Shown here piece by piece: positions 10,238 through 19,648 of a stretch of DNA of 64,000 nt. Source of the stretch: Deltaproteobacteria bacterium. GTDB taxonomy: Bacteria; Myxococcota_A; Polyangia; Polyangiales; Polyangiaceae. Position 1 is the first letter of the stretch. Each line of letters opens with the position of its first letter. The notes beneath the pieces were generated by a model. It was not told the origin of the DNA. It worked only from the letters and a program-made list of their open reading frames with translations, and made no database searches. Location of the stretch: the NCBI GenBank assembly GCA_029571025.1, contig JAKPTJ010000044.1, positions 1-64,000 on the forward strand. The letters run 5' to 3'. The position numbers and the translations under genes were made by a program.

Positions 10238-10834
10238 TCATTCCGTCACGGTTATCGTGATCTCATCCCAAGCGCGTTCCCGATGCTGCTGGTCGTAGCC
10301 CACGAGCCGAAGCGAATGAAAACCAGGCTCTGAAATCCACAAACGCCCCGACTTCGTCAACACAGGCTCCCACAACTCCGTCAAAGGAATCGAATCCGAA
10401 AAAATTTGTACGTAATCCACGTGACGAGCGCCAATCTCGAAAAAGAGGGGATTCGATAGCGCCGCCCCCTCCGACGGTTGGATGAAAAACACTTTGCTTT
10501 CCAAGGGTTCCATCGTGGAGGGCATGGCATCCTCCGCGTCGGCTTCCCCCTCGACAACACCCCCCTCCTGCCTTTCTTGGGCTTCCTCCTCGCCTCGCCC
10601 CGCATCCTGGAACGGCCATGGGGATGACGGCGCTTCCGCTTCGACCGAGTCTTGAGAAGGCTGCGGTTCAGAAGCCGTGGCCGCCTCAGAGGAAGGTTCA
10701 TCAGTCATTTCAGGTTGATGACCGTCCGGAAATGAAACGAAAACCGGATCCGAACATCCCAAACCCAAGATCAACAACCCGCCTAGCACCATGGGGATAA
10801 TCATCTTGCCCATGCCCAAGGAACTACAGCACAT
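10238..10834 (-). CDS. Acidic secreted lipoprotein (hypothetical)
   Basis: MGKMIIPMVLGGLLILGLGCSDPVF signal with Cys. Glu/Asp-rich low-complexity middle section. No catalytic motifs. Confidence 0.45.
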   Translation of the reverse strand: MCCSSLGMGKMIIPMVLGGLLILGLGCSDPVFVSFPDGHQPEMTDEPSSEAATASEPQPSQDSVEAEAPSSPWPFQDAGRGEEEAQERQEGGVVEGEADAEDAMPSTMEPLESKVFFIQPSEGAALSNPLFFEIGARHVDYVQIFSDSIPLTELWEPVLTKSGRLWISEPGFHSLRLVGYDQQHRERAWDEITITVTE

Positions 10835-10963
10835 ATACCTATATTGCCAGATATAAAAATACGATTAGCTACATTGTAGCAATACTGCGTTTGTCCGCTA
10901 TGTTCAAACACCCCCGTGGCAAAGGACACCATTTCCTCGCCTCCCCGCCTGAAAAAGGCATTG
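10835..10963. promoter_or_regulatory. AT-rich intergenic island (candidate promoter for the minus-strand lipoprotein gene)
   Basis: atatacctatattgccagatataaaaatacgattagctacattgtagcaatactg is far below the local GC content and lies directly upstream of the 10834 start. Confidence 0.3.
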
Positions 10964-11566
10964 TCATGGGGGGCGAAGTTCCACCTTTTTGACCACCATC
11001 ACCTCGCAGGAACCAGCCCCCGAGTCCTGCCGTGATAGCGACGAGCGCCATCTCCACCCGTCGCTCCCCCGAATTTCCACAAGATAGCCTTCGAGACGCA
11101 CGATATCGTGTCTGCACACGGCTGCCAGCGCGGATTTCACGTCCCCATTGGCGGGAATAACGTGCATATTGCCGCTGTGCCGAATAATTTCATCCACGGG
11201 GATCGGAGGTCCTTTGGCGTCCCAACGATAATGATACCAACGGCCATATTGCTCGATTTCCAGTTTTCCATAGATGGCTGAATCGCTCATCGCCCCCCAG
11301 CCAAGCGCCAGGTCGTAGGGTGCCAATTCCGATTCACGACCAAACCAATAGCGCTCCTTACCAAGCACCCGCGCTTCGAGCTTCAGGGTCGCAAGCGCTT
11401 CGAACTCGTAATCTCCCAACTTTTCCATCTTGGGAGCCGGTAACGAAACCTGCACCGGATCGTTGGGCGCTTGCACGCCCGGCTCGGGAAGGCCGCCTTC
11501 ACAGGCCATCGCGGCCAATCCAGCCGAAATAAGCCATCCGCCCGCCACGCAATCGCTGGTTCGCAT
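10964..11566 (-). CDS. Secreted hypothetical protein
   Basis: N-terminal signal with Cys (WLISAGLAAMACEGG). Trp/Tyr-rich mature domain. No known motif recognised. Confidence 0.45.
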   Translation of the reverse strand: MRTSDCVAGGWLISAGLAAMACEGGLPEPGVQAPNDPVQVSLPAPKMEKLGDYEFEALATLKLEARVLGKERYWFGRESELAPYDLALGWGAMSDSAIYGKLEIEQYGRWYHYRWDAKGPPIPVDEIIRHSGNMHVIPANGDVKSALAAVCRHDIVRLEGYLVEIRGSDGWRWRSSLSRQDSGAGSCEVMVVKKVELRPP

Positions 11567-11595
11567 GCCATGGCCCGATCGAATTCGCCTGCCGG

Positions 11596-12096
11596 CTATT
11601 CACCCATCGCAGGACCGCTGGCTTCCCAATTCTCTGCCGACGTCGTCACCACCGCTGTCGTCCTGCGGTATTCCTTGTCGATGGGTCGCCCATAACACGG
11701 CAACGGATCGGAGCTTTCTGGGCTCTTTTCCGGGGTTGGGCTCTCTTTCGACAGCCCGGCTTCGCCCACAGAACGCACGATGATATAAGAAGGAATGGCC
11801 TGATCGGTGGGAAACCACCATGGATTCCAAACCGGGTCTTGCGCTTGTTTCAGCAACTGTACGGAAAGAATATCCACCCAAACTTCACTGACATTCAACG
11901 CGTTGACTTGCGCCAAAATATCTTCGAGGTCCCTATCGAGGCATAAACAAGCTTGACGAACCGCATCATCGGCGTGTTGCGCTTGAACCACTTTCGCAGC
12001 GGGAAATGTCGCTCGATACGGCATGCAACTGATCCGTGTGTAACGCAAAACCAGCTCGACTCTGAAGTACCGAACGTTTTCGGGCTGATGCTTCAC
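11596..12096 (-). CDS. Hypothetical protein
   Basis: ORF only. The GTG start overlaps the fxsA stop (GTGA), consistent with coupling but not proof. Confidence 0.3.
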   Translation of the reverse strand: MKHQPENVRYFRVELVLRYTRISCMPYRATFPAAKVVQAQHADDAVRQACLCLDRDLEDILAQVNALNVSEVWVDILSVQLLKQAQDPVWNPWWFPTDQAIPSYIIVRSVGEAGLSKESPTPEKSPESSDPLPCYGRPIDKEYRRTTAVVTTSAENWEASGPAMGE

Positions 12097-12656
12097 GGTT
12101 CTTCGTCCTCCCGGATACTGTCGTCCGAACTACCCGGACCCAACAGCAATCCTTCTTGAATTTCGACACCTTCCGTATCCACGACCTCGCCATGCCCGCT
12201 TTTTGAAAAAAACTCCGCCGCGCCAGGCATCCAGCCGTGCTGTTCGGGGGCTTGTTCCCATCCTTGCGGATCGAGGGCAACGACCTGCATGACGCCTTGT
12301 CGAGCTTTTTTCTCCATGACCGCGCGCAGACGCTCTGCAACCATGCACCGAAAACGCGGAACGAGCAAAAGAAGACCGAAAAGGTCCGTCAAAAAACCCG
12401 GAAGAAGCAAGAAAACCCCGGCTGCGAGAATGAGAAATCCGCTCAGAATACCATCGCTCGGGAGCTGACCTTCGGATAACGACTGCCGCACCAGGCTCCA
12501 GACCCGAATTCCCCCCCGCTTGACCAGCACGCCACCCAGCACGCCGGTGACGAGCATGAGGCCCAAGGTTTTCCAGACGCCAATCCACGATCCAACTGCC
12601 GACAGCACGAATACTTCGAGGACAAAAGCCAGCAGCAGAAAGGCAAAATAGCGCAC
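12093..12656 (-). CDS. fxsA: FxsA-family inner-membrane protein (UPF0716)
   Basis: MRYFAFLLLAFVLEVFVLSAVGSWIGVWKTLGLMLVTGVLGGVLVKRGG...GFLILAAGVFLLLPGFLTDLFGLLLLVPRFR matches the conserved FxsA architecture (N-terminal TM, LPGF(L/I)TD motif). It has an acidic/Pro-rich C-tail. Confidence 0.7.
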   Translation of the reverse strand: MRYFAFLLLAFVLEVFVLSAVGSWIGVWKTLGLMLVTGVLGGVLVKRGGIRVWSLVRQSLSEGQLPSDGILSGFLILAAGVFLLLPGFLTDLFGLLLLVPRFRCMVAERLRAVMEKKARQGVMQVVALDPQGWEQAPEQHGWMPGAAEFFSKSGHGEVVDTEGVEIQEGLLLGPGSSDDSIREDEEP

Positions 12657-12840
12657 GCCCCTACCCTAGCCACGACAAGGTCGAGTTCCAAAGTAGAACG
12701 ACACCAGGGGGGAGAAGATTTTCGTTTCGCTTATAAGTAATTATATTTATTGTGCTTTTTGGGGTTCTTCGAAGTCGATCCCCCCGCGAATCCCACGGCT
12801 ATCCCCCAACCGCCCGTCGACCACGAGCCGCCGAAATCCA
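12657..12840. promoter_or_regulatory. AT-rich intergenic region upstream of fxsA
   Basis: cgcttataagtaattatatttattgtgctttttgg is strongly AT-biased relative to the surrounding sequence. Confidence 0.3.
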
Positions 12841-14391
12841 TCAGTCGGGTGAAGAGACCGCGGTCGGATCACGCTGGAAATAGCTCACGAAGGCCATGAT
12901 TTCCCGAAAGACGTCCTGGGCTTCCATGTCTTGCATCATCTCGTGACCGCTATGTTCGAACCAAACCATTTCCCGAATCGGTGAACTGACTTTTTCGTAA
13001 ATGATATTGGCCGATTCCGGCGCAATGATTTGATCCTTTTTCGACTGGAGAATGCGGATGGGGACATGGACTTCCGGCAAACGCTCGGCAATTCGCCGCG
13101 AATAATCGTAAAGGGAAGCGAAAGAGTCCGTGGCGAACATCGGATAGTTGGTGCAACGCTTCGCCAAGGTCGGGTCGTTGAAAGACTCGGGCGACGGCCA
13201 GTACCGGACCCCTTTGGAAAGCAGAGACGTAAACATGGCGAGCGGGTCTTTGAACTTGAGCGCCGCCGCCACCGTGACCAAACCCGCGATTTTGTCGGGA
13301 TGACGCATGGCAAGCTCGAGCCCCACCAATCCTCCCATGCTCAGACCGACCACCACCACCCGATCCACGCGATTCCACAATTGAAGAAGCGCGCGGTCCG
13401 CATCCACATACCAGTCCCGCGCCGTGACCCCCCGCATGTCCTGATACCGCGTGCCGTGACCGCGCAGAATCGGCCGCTCATAGTCGATCCCCTGCTTTTC
13501 GAGAAATGGTAGCAGCCCATCGACCGTGTCCGTCGAGGACGTGAATCCATGCAATAGCAGCACACCAACCTTTTCGTAGGCGGGCGGCGCGGGAATGGGC
13601 ACCTCGATGGGAGCGTAATTGCTGCGGTGATCGACGAGTTCGGAGATGCGACGCATCAACTCATCGGTGAGTTCCCTCAGCACTTCCTTATCGACTTCTT
13701 GGCCGTGGTATTGGGAATAATCGATGGGCTCGCCGAACCGAATACGGATAGGAGAGGCGCCAGGCATGCGCAAAACCTCGAGCCGTGGATAGATTTCCGG
13801 AGGAAGCGCCCGCCCCGTGCCCGACACCCCCACCGGGACAATGGGAACACCTGCGCTGATGGCCAGTCGCACCGCGCCCGTCTTGCCCCTTAGCAAACCC
13901 GTCGACCGATCGACTGCACGACGCGGTATGTCTTCTTCTCCGGGGATCGTCCCTTCTGGGTAAATGGCCACCACCTTGCCCGAGCGAAGCGCTTCCTCAA
14001 TATTATGCAGCGCTTCCGCATCGCCTCCACGGTTGACAAAGACGGATTCGGATAGCTCGATGAGATGACGCAACACCGGCCAGCTCTTGAACTCCATCTT
14101 CGCTACAAAATGAACACGACGCGGGCAAGAAGCCGTCAATACTTGAACATCCAGCCAGCTCTGGTGGTTCGATGCCATGACCAATCCACCGCTCGCCGGA
14201 ACGTTTTCGGCTCCCTCGATGGCCAATTCATTGAGCCACTCAAACTGCGTGCGCATCATCCCGCCGAACGTGTTGTACGCAGCACTGGAAATACGGTCGA
14301 ATACCTCGCGCTGCCGAATCGTCTGAAGCAGGCGGTCGAGTACCCAATCGGCTGGAGTCAAGACGGCGTTCGCAATCTTCTGTCGATTCAT
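12841..14391 (-). CDS. Bifunctional fusion: N-terminal PlsC-type lysophospholipid acyltransferase + C-terminal alpha/beta-hydrolase (lipase/esterase)
   Basis: N-half carries NHQSWLDVQVL (HxxxxD acyltransferase motif) and the FVAKMEF/PEGT block. C-half carries GLSMGG (GxSxG nucleophile elbow), with downstream Asp/His candidates. 516 aa single ORF. Confidence 0.8.
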   Translation of the reverse strand: MNRQKIANAVLTPADWVLDRLLQTIRQREVFDRISSAAYNTFGGMMRTQFEWLNELAIEGAENVPASGGLVMASNHQSWLDVQVLTASCPRRVHFVAKMEFKSWPVLRHLIELSESVFVNRGGDAEALHNIEEALRSGKVVAIYPEGTIPGEEDIPRRAVDRSTGLLRGKTGAVRLAISAGVPIVPVGVSGTGRALPPEIYPRLEVLRMPGASPIRIRFGEPIDYSQYHGQEVDKEVLRELTDELMRRISELVDHRSNYAPIEVPIPAPPAYEKVGVLLLHGFTSSTDTVDGLLPFLEKQGIDYERPILRGHGTRYQDMRGVTARDWYVDADRALLQLWNRVDRVVVVGLSMGGLVGLELAMRHPDKIAGLVTVAAALKFKDPLAMFTSLLSKGVRYWPSPESFNDPTLAKRCTNYPMFATDSFASLYDYSRRIAERLPEVHVPIRILQSKKDQIIAPESANIIYEKVSSPIREMVWFEHSGHEMMQDMEAQDVFREIMAFVSYFQRDPTAVSSPD

Positions 14392-14638
14392 TCCTTAAAC
14401 CTCGAAATGGGGGCAGATTGCCGCAATCAACGCGGCGCGTTATCCATAGCATGAACTCGACCCGACGCGTCATCGATTTTTCCACCGAAAGCGTGATGAG
14501 CCTTCGTGAAAATAAGGCATTCGAGAACGATAGGGCGCCGCCCGCCTCGCTCGTATCCGCGTTGAAGTTCTTGCCCAACCCCCCCATGCTGAGGCAAGCC
14601 GAGGTAGAGCCCGTCGAACCCGCGCAAACGGATAGGCA

Positions 14639-15598
14639 ATGATCTTCGAGGACCAGAACGAACTCAAGGCCCGTATCGAACAAGTCACGCCGCGACGAGC
14701 CGCCAAGACCGTGGTCGTACATACGGATACCACGGCCTATATGGGAATCGAAGGCGGTCATGTCCTTCGCCTGCAAGGCAACGATTACTTCGTGCTCGGC
14801 GATGCCCAGGAAGGACGCTTCGGTATCGATGATCAGCCGAAATTTTGGGTCAAATACGCCGTGGACCTCACCACCGCCGAGCACAAAATCATCAAACTCG
14901 TCTTCCACGAACAGTTTTCCACCAACGTCGGCATGGTGCGCGTTCGCTGCATCCGAAGCCCCCAAAAAGAATCGCGAGTGCTCGACCTCGTGTCCGGCCA
15001 CGACCGATTCATGCAAGGCAAAACCGTCGTCGACCCCGCAGGAAATCCCGTCCGAATCGTCGACTTCATCCGAGGAAAAAGCCTATACGCGGTCCTCGAA
15101 GCTTCCGATATGCCCCATGAACGTTATTGGAACGAAGTGCTGCCAGGCATCATGCAGCAGTTGCTCACATGCATGGAAGCCATGGCTTGGCTGCATAGCA
15201 TGGGCGAACATCACGGCGATATTCGCAACGACCATATCCTCATCGAACGCGAAACCGGACGCTTCACATGGATCGACTTCGATTATGAGGTGAACTTCTC
15301 CGACTACGATGTGTGGAGCATGGGCAATGTGCTTACGTATGTGGTGGGGCAAGGCATGCATACGTTTTCACAAGTGCAAAAAAGCCCAGCTTCCTATCCT
15401 TACGCCCAGCCGCTGCAAGAAGAAGACGCCCTCGTCTTGTACAAGCATCGAATTGCCAATTTGCGCAAGCTCTTCCCTTATATCCCCATCGAACTCAACG
15501 AGATACTAATGCGCTTTTCCCTTGGCACCACCGAGCCCTACGAGGATCTCGATAGCCAGGTACGCGACTTGCGATCGATCTTCGGTCGTCTGTGCTGA
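14639..15598 (+). CDS. Divergent protein-kinase-like domain protein (possible pseudokinase)
   Basis: HHGDIRNDHILIER resembles the HRDxKxxN catalytic loop. IDFD resembles DFG. DVWSMGNVL resembles the eukaryotic-like kinase subdomain IX 'DVWSxG'. There is no clear GxGxxG loop. Confidence 0.5.
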   Translation: MIFEDQNELKARIEQVTPRRAAKTVVVHTDTTAYMGIEGGHVLRLQGNDYFVLGDAQEGRFGIDDQPKFWVKYAVDLTTAEHKIIKLVFHEQFSTNVGMVRVRCIRSPQKESRVLDLVSGHDRFMQGKTVVDPAGNPVRIVDFIRGKSLYAVLEASDMPHERYWNEVLPGIMQQLLTCMEAMAWLHSMGEHHGDIRNDHILIERETGRFTWIDFDYEVNFSDYDVWSMGNVLTYVVGQGMHTFSQVQKSPASYPYAQPLQEEDALVLYKHRIANLRKLFPYIPIELNEILMRFSLGTTEPYEDLDSQVRDLRSIFGRLC

Positions 15599-15703
15599 AG
15601 TGATTCTCACGAACCGAGAGGGACAGATGGCCATCAGCATGGGGCAAACGAGTTATGCGTCATGTTCCGAATTCGGGCTGGGGCTCGGACGCTCTGCAAC
15701 GAA

Positions 15704-16495
15704 TCACATTGGGCTGTCGCGTTTGACGACCAGCAAGGGCAATTCTTCCGCCAACGCCGAAGGCAAGACCCGCAGGAGCCACGTCTCGGGCCCCAGGCTT
15801 GTCGCATCATGAAACGCCTGTTCGTTGACCGCCACGACTTGTCCGCTCAGCGGCATCGCCACGCCGTGGGCATCGCCCTCTTCATTCGATAGCACCAGCC
15901 CCACGAATCCCTGCTCGATCAACTCGATTTCCTGCGGTGGGGTGATGGCCAAAATGGCCCCCGTGGCTTTCAGAAAGCTCTCTTCCACACCCACCGCGAA
16001 GGTACCTTCTTGTTCGTAACGGGCCCAGGAGTGGTGCGGAAGAAAAACGGTCATTCCGGGCACGAGAGATTGAGGATGCACCACGCCTTCGCTCTCGTGA
16101 ATGGCTTGATCCTCGATGCGCAACGCCCGTTTGACCGGACTCAATAGTTCTTTTCGCGTGAAAGGCTTGGCCACGTAATCGACCGCACCCAGTCGCATGG
16201 CCTGGACGGCAGTGCGTATGGTCGGATAGCCCGTCACCATTAGAACAGGGGTCGTATTGCCCCGCGCACGCAGCTCTTGAAGCAACTCGATGCCGTTCAT
16301 CTGCGGCATCATCAGGTCCGTGATGATCAAGTCGAACGAGTCGGTTTGGAGCCGCGCAAGACCTTCCCGAGCCGATAAGACTCCGTCCACCCCAAAGCCC
16401 AGACGAGACAAGACCTTCCTCATGCTCGCATGGACGACGTCCTCGTCATCGATGACCAAAACCCTGCGGTTGGCAGCGTCGTGATTTTGGGTCAT
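15704..16495 (-). CDS. Response regulator (CheY-like receiver + uncharacterised C-terminal domain)
   Basis: Start at ATG 16495 (MTQNHDAANRRVLVIDDEDVV...DLIITDLMMPQMNGIELL...VLMVTGY). The start overlaps the kinase stop (ATGA). Confidence 0.8.
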   Translation of the reverse strand: MTQNHDAANRRVLVIDDEDVVHASMRKVLSRLGFGVDGVLSAREGLARLQTDSFDLIITDLMMPQMNGIELLQELRARGNTTPVLMVTGYPTIRTAVQAMRLGAVDYVAKPFTRKELLSPVKRALRIEDQAIHESEGVVHPQSLVPGMTVFLPHHSWARYEQEGTFAVGVEESFLKATGAILAITPPQEIELIEQGFVGLVLSNEEGDAHGVAMPLSGQVVAVNEQAFHDATSLGPETWLLRVLPSALAEELPLLVVKRDSPM

Positions 16496-18378
16496 GAATA
16501 GCTCCCCTCGTGTTTCCTGGCTTCTTCCGTGGAAGAACCCCGTCTTCCCTCCCCGGCAGCGGGAAGGACGACACGAAATACAGTACCTTTTCCCATCGTG
16601 GATTGCACGGTGATGCGTCCGGCGTGTTGATCGACGATGCTTCTGACGGCTGCAAGGCCCAAGCCGTTTCCCTGGGCTCCTTTGGTGGTAAAAAACGGCT
16701 CGAATACCCGTGCCCAATGCTCTTCGGGGATGCCCACACCCTCGTCTTTGACATCCAATACCACCATTCCTGCTTCATCGACCCCTACCCAGCAGTCGAT
16801 GGCCCCTTTTCCTCCCATCGCATCGCGCGCGTTGATGATGAGGTTGAGAATCGCTTGTTGAAGCTGGTTCGCATCCGCGAGCACTTCTGGCGTGTTGGGC
16901 TCGACATGCACACGAAAGACGATGTCGTGAAAAGACGCTTGTTTTTCCACGAGCTTGAGCGCTTGGCGCAAGACGGATTCAGGACGAAGACGCTGTCGAT
17001 CGGGTTTGGTTTGACGAGAAAAATCGAGCAAATCCCGTACGATTTGCCGACAACGCAGCGTCTCGCGAACCACGAAATCCAGGTCTTCCCGCGCGGTGGA
17101 ATCAGGCTCCGCATCGTCGCGCAATTCCTCCGCGAACGTGAGAATCCCCGTCAGAGGATTGTTGATTTCATGGGCTACACCCGCCGCAAGCTTGCCCACG
17201 GCCGCATGTTTTTCCGTCAGCAATAGCTCGTGCTGCAAGCGTCGCGAATCGGTAACGTCCCGCGACACATTGCAGATCGCCACGATCTCGTTTTTGTAAT
17301 CGCGCAGCAAAATCCGCTCCGAAATCAGGATTTTCTCCACACCCCCAAGAACCAACACTTCCTCATCACTGCGATGCCCCCCACTTCGCACGATGGCCGC
17401 ATCGTTGCGTTCCATGACACTCGCAATGGCCGGAGAAAAAAGCTGTCGCGCCGTTTTGCCCAAAAATGCTTCGGTGGGAATGCCAAAAAAACGAGAGGCA
17501 CTCGGATTCGCCAATTGATACCGGCCATCCAACCCCTTGATGGTGATGATGCCTCGCACGGTCGCCATGATTTGATCGAAACGATGAGCCGCTTCCTTCG
17601 TTTCCCGCGTGAGCAAGATCTGCTCGGTGACCTCTCGGGAGGTGATGACCACCCGTCGCTTTCCCGAAGGCGAACCGATGGGATTCGCGGTCACCTCGTA
17701 ATACGCCTCCCGATCGCCGTTATGCGCGCCAATGCATGCATGCTGGCGAATGACAGTCAGCGGTTCACCGCTGGCAAGTACCTGAATTCGCGGACAATCC
17801 GGCACCACCACGCCGCGAGAACAATCCTCGTGCGGACAACAAACCGCCGCACAATACTGCCCCTGGATTTGCCCGTGATGAAGCGAGGTCAACGTTTCGA
17901 AACGACGATTGACGCGCTCGATACGGCCCTGCTCATCGACCACCATGACGGCATCCGGCAAAGAATCGAGAATGTCCTGCAAGTTGCGACGATCCTGCTG
18001 GATTTCTGCTTCCAGCTTGGTTTTCTCATCGAGTTGACCGCGAAGGTTCTGGGCCACTTCGTCGAGATCCCAAAACACGCGAGCCATGGTGTGATCCATT
18101 ACGCGCACACCGGCGGGAGCCCGACGCACGATCTCGTCGCGAACGATATCGATGCCAGTAACCTCGATGATCAATTCGAGGTCGGGCAATCGGATGGCTT
18201 CGGCCAGATCGGTAAAGGTTCGCCATCCATTTTCGCGAGCCAAAACCATGGCCGGCGCATCGGGGTCCAGGTCGACAACGCCAAGGATTTGCAGGCTGAG
18301 TGTAGCCAGCCGGCGCTGGATCACGAGTTCCAGCACAGCGCGACAGCCTCGTCCGCCACCGACGAATACCGTTCTCAT
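16492..18378 (-). CDS. Cytoplasmic sensor histidine kinase (Rossmann-like N-domain, PAS domains, HisKA, HATPase_c)
   Basis: HisKA H-box TEKHAAVGKLAAGVAHEINNPLTGI. C-terminal G-boxes (DEGVGIP..., GNGLGLA). PAS region with CAAVCCPHEDCSRGVVVPDCPRIQ Cys cluster. N-terminus VFVGGGRGCRAVLE...ILGVVDLD resembles an NAD(P)-binding fold. No TM segments seen. Confidence 0.85.
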   Translation of the reverse strand: MRTVFVGGGRGCRAVLELVIQRRLATLSLQILGVVDLDPDAPAMVLARENGWRTFTDLAEAIRLPDLELIIEVTGIDIVRDEIVRRAPAGVRVMDHTMARVFWDLDEVAQNLRGQLDEKTKLEAEIQQDRRNLQDILDSLPDAVMVVDEQGRIERVNRRFETLTSLHHGQIQGQYCAAVCCPHEDCSRGVVVPDCPRIQVLASGEPLTVIRQHACIGAHNGDREAYYEVTANPIGSPSGKRRVVITSREVTEQILLTRETKEAAHRFDQIMATVRGIITIKGLDGRYQLANPSASRFFGIPTEAFLGKTARQLFSPAIASVMERNDAAIVRSGGHRSDEEVLVLGGVEKILISERILLRDYKNEIVAICNVSRDVTDSRRLQHELLLTEKHAAVGKLAAGVAHEINNPLTGILTFAEELRDDAEPDSTAREDLDFVVRETLRCRQIVRDLLDFSRQTKPDRQRLRPESVLRQALKLVEKQASFHDIVFRVHVEPNTPEVLADANQLQQAILNLIINARDAMGGKGAIDCWVGVDEAGMVVLDVKDEGVGIPEEHWARVFEPFFTTKGAQGNGLGLAAVRSIVDQHAGRITVQSTMGKGTVFRVVLPAAGEGRRGSSTEEARKHEGSYS

Positions 18379-18556
18379 CGTCTGGACTCCGTGTTGTTAG
18401 GGGGCTTAGACAAGGGTAACACGAAGGCCGCGGATGGGAGCCGCGGAACTCGTGGCGCATGAGTCAGGGCGAAAACATGGCTTGTTGCCACCTGCTCGCG
18501 ACCATGGCGATACGACTTCGAAAATTGCTTCGATAGGGCCGAGGCCGCTGGGGGAT

Positions 18557-19642
18557 TCAACCCGCCGCTTCCATCACCGCCCGCGCCACCCGCTGCTGCT
18601 CATCCTCGCCCAAGTACGGATGCATCGGCAGGCTCAGCACTCGTTGCGCCAGGGCGTCTCCCACCGGCAGACTGACCTTCGCATCCGCCACGGCCGGTTG
18701 TTGATTCAACGGCATGGGATAATGCACGGCAGTAGGAATTCCTTTTTCTTTCAAATAGTTACACACTTTCCGACGATCGGATACCTGCAGGGTGTACTGC
18801 GCCCAGGCGCTGGTATTGTGGGGCGCGACGACGGGAAGGGTTACGGGGCAAGACGCCAACCACGCAGCATAACGCCCGGCCACTTGTTGTCGTAGCGCCA
18901 ATTCTTCTTCGAAAATCGATAGCTTGGGTAAAAGTACCGCGGCTTGAAGGGTATCCAAACGGCTGTTGATACCCACGCGCACGTGGTGATAACGGCTCTG
19001 TTGTCCGTGACGGGCGATCTGGCGCATGAGCTGGGCCAGCGTTTCGTCACTCGTGAAGATGGCGCCGCCATCGCCATAACAGCCGAGAGGCTTGCTCGGG
19101 AAAAAGCTCGTGCAAGCGATGGTGCTGAGGTTACCGCTTTTTCGTCCCTTGTAGCTGGCACCAAAGCTCTGGGCTCCATCTTCGATCACCGGGATGCCAT
19201 GCCGCGCGGCGATCGCGTTGATGGCGTCCATGTCCGCGCATTGGCCGTAGAGGCTGACAGCGATGATGGCTTTGGTCCGTGGGGTGATGGCCTCTTCGAG
19301 CCGAGCGGGGTCGAGGTTATAGGAGCAAGGGTCGACGTCGACGAAGACGGGTTTGGCACCGAGCAGGGCCACGGTTTCGGCGGTGGCGATGAAAGTGAAA
19401 GCGGGAGTGATGACCTCGTCGCCGGGGCCGATATCGAGGGCCATTTGAGCGATTTGCAGGGCATCGGTGCCGTTGGCGACGCTGATGCAAAAGCGGGCGC
19501 CGGTATAGACGGCAAGTTTTTCTTCCAGTTCGGCCACTTCCGGTCCGAGGATGAACTGACCGTGGTCCAACACCTTCTGGATGTTGGTGTCGATTTGCGC
19601 TTTTACCCGTTGGTATTGGGCTTTCAGATCCACGAATTGCAT
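18557..19642 (-). CDS. DegT/DnrJ/EryC1/StrS-family PLP-dependent sugar aminotransferase
   Basis: MQFVDLKAQYQRVKAQIDTNIQKVLDHGQFILGPEVAELEEKLAVYTGARFCISVANGTDAL...SFFPSKPLGCYGDGGA carries the conserved family motifs, including the Lys-containing SxxPxK region. Confidence 0.9.
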   Translation of the reverse strand: MQFVDLKAQYQRVKAQIDTNIQKVLDHGQFILGPEVAELEEKLAVYTGARFCISVANGTDALQIAQMALDIGPGDEVITPAFTFIATAETVALLGAKPVFVDVDPCSYNLDPARLEEAITPRTKAIIAVSLYGQCADMDAINAIAARHGIPVIEDGAQSFGASYKGRKSGNLSTIACTSFFPSKPLGCYGDGGAIFTSDETLAQLMRQIARHGQQSRYHHVRVGINSRLDTLQAAVLLPKLSIFEEELALRQQVAGRYAAWLASCPVTLPVVAPHNTSAWAQYTLQVSDRRKVCNYLKEKGIPTAVHYPMPLNQQPAVADAKVSLPVGDALAQRVLSLPMHPYLGEDEQQRVARAVMEAAG

Positions 19643-19648
19643 GGGTCC

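Noticed and set aside
16510-18462. Two long + strand ORFs (238 aa and 410 aa) opposite the histidine kinase
   Set aside because: Antisense to a gene with unambiguous HisKA/HATPase motifs. Arg-rich composition.
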